A DNA stretch of 64,000 bases, taken from positions 20,159-84,158 of IMG/VR virus record IMGVR_UViG_3300031760_000027. One strand, 5' to 3'. The notes beneath the pieces were generated by a model. It saw only the letters and a list, made by a program, of their open reading frames with translations, ran no database searches and was not told the DNA's origin. The stretch is from a virus. Taxonomy: Duplodnaviria > Heunggongvirae > Uroviricota > Caudoviricetes. Position 1 is the first letter of the stretch. Each line of letters opens with the position of its first letter. Of this stretch, positions 59,993-64,000 are shown one piece after another. The position numbers and the translations under genes were made by a program.

Positions 59993-61678
59993 TTACCAAT
60001 CAAATTTTCTTTTTTTAGTTCCATTCTCTTCTTCAGAAGAAATTTCTTCTTTAATTTTATTTTCTTTAATCTTATTAGAAGAAATATTGTTTTCTTCTGG
60101 ATTGTCTGATAATTGTGCTTCGACAACTTTAGCATCTACACTATGTTCCTTAATCATTTTATCTACAGCTTTTATATCTGTAAAATCCATGTTGATAACT
60201 TCATCCAAATCAAAATTAGTAACAAAACAATCTTTAATTCTCATTGTTCCTAAATCTATATGAGAAGCTATGACTACTCTTGTATATTCTCCTCTACGAC
60301 ATTTATATATCCATTGTAATAAATTAATAGTAGGCATTCCTACCATATTTCTTGTTAAAGTTTCAAGTTTACTTTGTTCTGCTCGATTTGGTTCGGAAAT
60401 AATAAGACAAACATCGCATTTTTGAGGGATGCTTTTTGACCCTTGAATCACGGAAGAATCTTTATACCTTGCTTCTTTTGCTTCATTGGAAAGCTGAGTG
60501 CCAGTTAAGATACAAATCTGTAATCTTTCTGCTAAAGCTTTTAACCTTGTTACAAATACAATTAGGATTTGATACTCTTGCATTCTAACTGCTGTTTTAT
60601 TCCGCATTTCTGTCATCAATCTTAAACTTGTTTGCAAATAATCAAAAATAAAAATTTCTATTTTATATTGTAGAACATATTTTTTAGCAATGTTTTCTAT
60701 ATCTGTAATATTATAATCGTCACAATATACAAGGTATAAAGGACATTCTTGAATATATTTTGAAGCTTGTCTAACTCTTTCCAATTCACCTTTTTTATAT
60801 TCACCTTTTATAATATGAGATTCATTTACACCAGATACACAAGCTAAACAAATAGTCTGAAACTCTTGCAAAGAACCTTCTGTTCCTAAAAATAGAGTAG
60901 GAACTGAATTACCTGTATAAATAAACTCTCCTTTTTTTAAATCATATGTATATGGACAGGCAAATTTCAAAGCGTCCATTAAAAAATTTCTTGTTTTACC
61001 TACACCAGTTGAAGCAGAACGCAAAATTAAGCGTCCTGCTTTAGCACCACGACTAACAGTATTTAATGCTAATGATGCGAAAGAATATCCAAAATCAGGA
61101 GTTTGTAATAAACTGCTAATTAGTTCATCCATTCCATCACCTGCTTGAATATTATCTGTTAATGTATTAGTACAATACATCGTTTTTGCATCAATGATTA
61201 ACTTGTTTTCAATTTCATCAACTATATCTTGTTCAGTATAATTATCAAATTTAATATTTTCTTCGTCTAAAGCTTTATCAACCATGCTTGGGTCATAAAT
61301 AAAGCTCGTATTTAATCCATTTTTTTCATAATAACGCAGTAAAGAGTATTTACGCAGTCTATGATAATAATAATCATAGTTACCTAAATCAGCAATGGCT
61401 TTTGCGCTATTTACATATTCTAATCCATTATTTTCTTGAAAAATACTATATTGCTTTTTATAATCTTTTAAATAAGAATCAATAGAAAATTCATCAATAG
61501 TTTGACAACCATTCATATATAGATTATAAATCGCAACATATATTAATTCATAAAAAGCTTCTGTATTGAAGTCTGTTCTATCTAATGGTCTATCTATGTC
61601 ATCTATTAATGTTGTATCTAACATTAGACAACCTAACGTATTGGAATATGCTCTCTTATCTGATAAATTTTCATACAT
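59993..61678 (-). CDS. dnaB: replicative DNA helicase (DnaB-like)
   Basis: Walker A LILRSASTGVGKT. RecA-like C-terminal domain. N-terminal DnaB-type helical domain. Confidence 0.7.
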   Translation of the reverse strand: MYENLSDKRAYSNTLGCLMLDTTLIDDIDRPLDRTDFNTEAFYELIYVAIYNLYMNGCQTIDEFSIDSYLKDYKKQYSIFQENNGLEYVNSAKAIADLGNYDYYYHRLRKYSLLRYYEKNGLNTSFIYDPSMVDKALDEENIKFDNYTEQDIVDEIENKLIIDAKTMYCTNTLTDNIQAGDGMDELISSLLQTPDFGYSFASLALNTVSRGAKAGRLILRSASTGVGKTRNFLMDALKFACPYTYDLKKGEFIYTGNSVPTLFLGTEGSLQEFQTICLACVSGVNESHIIKGEYKKGELERVRQASKYIQECPLYLVYCDDYNITDIENIAKKYVLQYKIEIFIFDYLQTSLRLMTEMRNKTAVRMQEYQILIVFVTRLKALAERLQICILTGTQLSNEAKEARYKDSSVIQGSKSIPQKCDVCLIISEPNRAEQSKLETLTRNMVGMPTINLLQWIYKCRRGEYTRVVIASHIDLGTMRIKDCFVTNFDLDEVINMDFTDIKAVDKMIKEHSVDAKVVEAQLSDNPEENNISSNKIKENKIKEEISSEEENGTKKRKFDW

Positions 61679-61699
61679 ATATTTACTCCTTTAATTTAA

Positions 61700-62167
61700 T
61701 TAATTTAAGAAGCATTCATCTTCATCTGTCCATTCACTTTTTGGCATTTTTTCAACTAATAAAGTACAACATTCTTTATATTCTTCTTTCGTTAAAGGAT
61801 AAATTTCTAAATTATCAAGAAAGAAAAGTGAATGAAAAATTTTCGTTATCCCAGAAAAACTACTGTTTTCATAGCCAGAAAGTTCAATCTGTGCAGTTGG
61901 AGTTGGTTTTGTTAATGTTGTATAACGATAACCTGTAATCCGTCCATAAGCTTCTACAATTGCCTTACGATAAGTCTTATCTCTTATTTTTACATATGTT
62001 CCTATAGGATAAGGGATGTAAAGAAAATTCTCATTAACAGACGGAAGTTCGTCAATATAATCTAATGTATCTGAAACACCAAGAGCATAAGCTGTTGTTT
62101 CTTCTGGAGTATTGAAACTATCACAAGTAGCATGAAAATTAATTTTATTTCTATTAATCAAATCCAT
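61700..62167 (-). CDS. hypothetical protein
   Basis: 155-aa ORF. Confidence 0.35.
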   Translation of the reverse strand: MDLINRNKINFHATCDSFNTPEETTAYALGVSDTLDYIDELPSVNENFLYIPYPIGTYVKIRDKTYRKAIVEAYGRITGYRYTTLTKPTPTAQIELSGYENSSFSGITKIFHSLFFLDNLEIYPLTKEEYKECCTLLVEKMPKSEWTDEDECFLN

Positions 62168-62779
62168 TTATTCTTCTCCTATATCTTCAATACTTAATTG
62201 TTTTACTGTCCTTTGTTGTGGATTAATATAAATAATTTTTTCTTTAAAAGTATTAGTTATATCTAAATCTTTATTTTGATTCTCTATTTTTTCAAGTTCA
62301 AGATAAAATTTTTTGGCTGAAGAATAATAATAAGGTATTAAACCTATTATTCCTTTTTCTTTATCAAAATCAAATTCTAAAATTTCATTTAAGTAGACTA
62401 AAGTCTGATACATTCCTTTCCAAGTCATTCCATATTTCTCATAATAACTATTTGAAATAACATATATTTTTGCATCTAACTTTTCACCTATAGGAACACC
62501 CATTAACTCCCTGATGTAATTATAATATGCCTTTTTTTCGGTATATTCTTCTTCAGAAAGGGCATCCTTGAGTTCCGCTTTAGGAGTTTTTTTTGACTCT
62601 TTTTTAGATTCTTTATCTTTATCTTTGTCTTTTAATTGTTTACGTTTATCATCAGCTAATACTTTTATGGCTATATTTAAACAAGCTGAATGAACAAATT
62701 TATTTTTAAACGGAACAGGCTCTTCACCTTTGATTGGATTCCCACATACACAACATTTTTTAGGTCTACCTCTTGCCAT
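62168..62779 (-). CDS. hypothetical protein with N-terminal zinc-ribbon (CCVCG...HSAC) and K/E-rich linker
   Basis: 203-aa ORF. Confidence 0.35.
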   Translation of the reverse strand: MARGRPKKCCVCGNPIKGEEPVPFKNKFVHSACLNIAIKVLADDKRKQLKDKDKDKESKKESKKTPKAELKDALSEEEYTEKKAYYNYIRELMGVPIGEKLDAKIYVISNSYYEKYGMTWKGMYQTLVYLNEILEFDFDKEKGIIGLIPYYYSSAKKFYLELEKIENQNKDLDITNTFKEKIIYINPQQRTVKQLSIEDIGEE

Positions 62780-62795
62780 GATTATTGATTACTCC

Positions 62796-63545
62796 TTATC
62801 TACTTATCACATAAATTGTAGTTCCAATGCCACAATTATTATATATCCAATCTGCAAGCCAATTTTCGGTACGAATACAAGCAGGTGAATTATGCGCTCC
62901 TAATTGTCCACCCCAAAGATATTTACGTTCATACTTTGACGCTTTTAAAGCATAAGTTAGCGAATGAATCCCCCATCCTTGCCATGTCATTGAACATGAC
63001 CAATATTGCCATTTTTTCCCATCTTTATTAGTATAAACCAATCTAGGAGTTTTCCAATTGATATGATGTTTTCCACTAGGTGTACTAGAAATTTTTGTTC
63101 CTGCTATATTTTTAGCTGAACTACAAGGGGCTTTTTTGATTAATTGTCTATGTCCTTTTCTACCCTGAAAAACAAAAACGCACATATCTCCATTTCTAAT
63201 ATCAGCAATAATACAATGATTAGTTGGACTATCTAAAGTTTGTCCTTTATCTTTTACATCCGCTTTTGGTTTAGTATTAAACTTACCATGTTTAAATTCT
63301 AAATTTACTTTTGTTCCATCCGATTCTTCGCACATAATTTTTTCTTCATTCTCTGCAACCCAAATTTTATACGATTCATCGTCAATAGGATATTTTTTTT
63401 CATTCTCGTATTTTTCATATTTGTTTTTATTTTTATCTTTATCTTTATTTTTTGTATCTGCATATACAGAAATTGGAGTTGTAAAAATAATTGTAAATAT
63501 TAATAAAACAATTATGTTTTTTAAAAGCTTTTTATTCTTCCTCAT
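62796..63545 (-). CDS. secreted L,D-transpeptidase-like (YkuD-domain) protein
   Basis: Signal peptide MRKNKKLLKNIIVLLIFTIIFTTPISVYA. QGWGIHSL and LGAHNSPACIRT match the YkuD catalytic His/Cys motifs (GIHGT ... SxGCIR). Confidence 0.5.
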   Translation of the reverse strand: MRKNKKLLKNIIVLLIFTIIFTTPISVYADTKNKDKDKNKNKYEKYENEKKYPIDDESYKIWVAENEEKIMCEESDGTKVNLEFKHGKFNTKPKADVKDKGQTLDSPTNHCIIADIRNGDMCVFVFQGRKGHRQLIKKAPCSSAKNIAGTKISSTPSGKHHINWKTPRLVYTNKDGKKWQYWSCSMTWQGWGIHSLTYALKASKYERKYLWGGQLGAHNSPACIRTENWLADWIYNNCGIGTTIYVISR

Positions 63546-63732
63546 TAATACACCTTTCTTTTATTGCGGTTAATAATTTTACATACCATTTTTCTTTAGA
63601 ATCATCAGTATCTTCTCTAATATTATAACTAATTAAATTATCAGAAATAATAATATAATTAAGCTGATTAGTTTCAAATAAATCTTTTGCTTTTTGCATT
63701 GTAGATTTTTCTTTAAAATCTTGTGTAATCAT
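63532..63732 (-). CDS. hypothetical protein
   Basis: 66 aa with AGGTGG RBS; first gene after the leader terminator. Confidence 0.3.
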   Translation of the reverse strand: MITQDFKEKSTMQKAKDLFETNQLNYIIISDNLISYNIREDTDDSKEKWYVKLLTAIKERCINEEE

Positions 63733-63754
63733 AATACCACCTTTCTTTATTAAA

Positions 63755-63810
63755 TCTTAGATTAAAAAAGGAAGAAAGATTAACAGTATTCTGTTGTCTT
63801 TCTTCCTTTC
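63755..63810 (-). terminator. rho-independent terminator/attenuator (14-bp stem, 17-nt loop, U-run) on minus strand
   Basis: Minus-strand RNA GAAAGGAAGAAAGA...UCUUUCUUCCUUUUUUAAUCU. Confidence 0.5.
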
Positions 63811-63823
63811 AGAAGCTATCTTT

Positions 63824-63852
63824 ATTATAACATTATATTTTATTTATGTCAA
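63824..63852 (-). promoter_or_regulatory. consensus sigma70 promoter (TTGACA-17-TATAAT) on minus strand
   Basis: Minus-strand TTGACA at 63847-63852, 17-nt spacer, TATAAT at 63824-63829. Directly upstream of the hairpin at 63755-63810. Confidence 0.5.
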
Positions 63853-63870
63853 GTGTTTATTATAGCCATT

Positions 63871-64000
63871 TCAATTTTCAACTTCGGCTCTTGTGTTCCA
63901 ATCTTTAGTTACTTCTGACATTAAATTTATTATATTTAAAAAAGTAGGTTCTTCCACAACGATATTCATATCTTTATATTTTTGTATATGACATTTTTCA
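63871..64000 (-). CDS. 3' end of a minus-strand ORF running in from beyond the window
   Basis: Open frame ...MNIVVEEPTFLNIINLMSEVTKDWNTRAEVEN ends with a stop at 63871. Confidence 0.3.
   Translation of the reverse strand, partial: EKCHIQKYKDMNIVVEEPTFLNIINLMSEVTKDWNTRAEVEN

Noticed and set aside
1-64000. tRNA/rRNA/ncRNA genes
   Set aside because: All non-coding gaps >60 nt were inspected by eye. None shows tRNA-like acceptor and T-arm features; the structured GC-rich segments at 45720-45850 are attributed to the nrdD intron.

Overview
AT-rich (~30% GC) tailed-phage or prophage segment with two convergent modules that meet at a bidirectional terminator (~38.76 kb). Plus strand 1-38.7 kb is the late region. 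It holds a 5'-partial tape measure protein with cell-wall-binding repeats and Dit/Tal-like proteins. It has a long series of giant tail-fibre/receptor-binding proteins (LamG, LRR, CBM-like, Ig-like) with mosaic GC-rich C-terminal domains. It has two lysis cassettes (holin-like, two MBL-fold+CW_7 proteins, a GH25-CHAP-SH3b endolysin). Minus strand 38.8-64 kb is the early/replication and nucleotide-metabolism region. It encodes an SPFH/band-7 protein, dUTPase, a PurA-family adenylosuccinate-synthetase homologue (PurZ candidate), a vWA protein and NrdG. NrdD is split by a GIY-YIG-containing group I intron. It also encodes NrdH, guanylate kinase, a ThyX-like protein, a RecD-like helicase, a DnaE-type polymerase, a Cas4-like nuclease, DnaG primase, DnaB helicase and a secreted L,D-transpeptidase-like protein. 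The endolysin CHAP domain is interrupted at its catalytic cysteine by a full-size LAGLIDADG intein. Several consensus sigma70-like promoters and intrinsic terminators are readable. No tRNA, rRNA or CRISPR array was seen.
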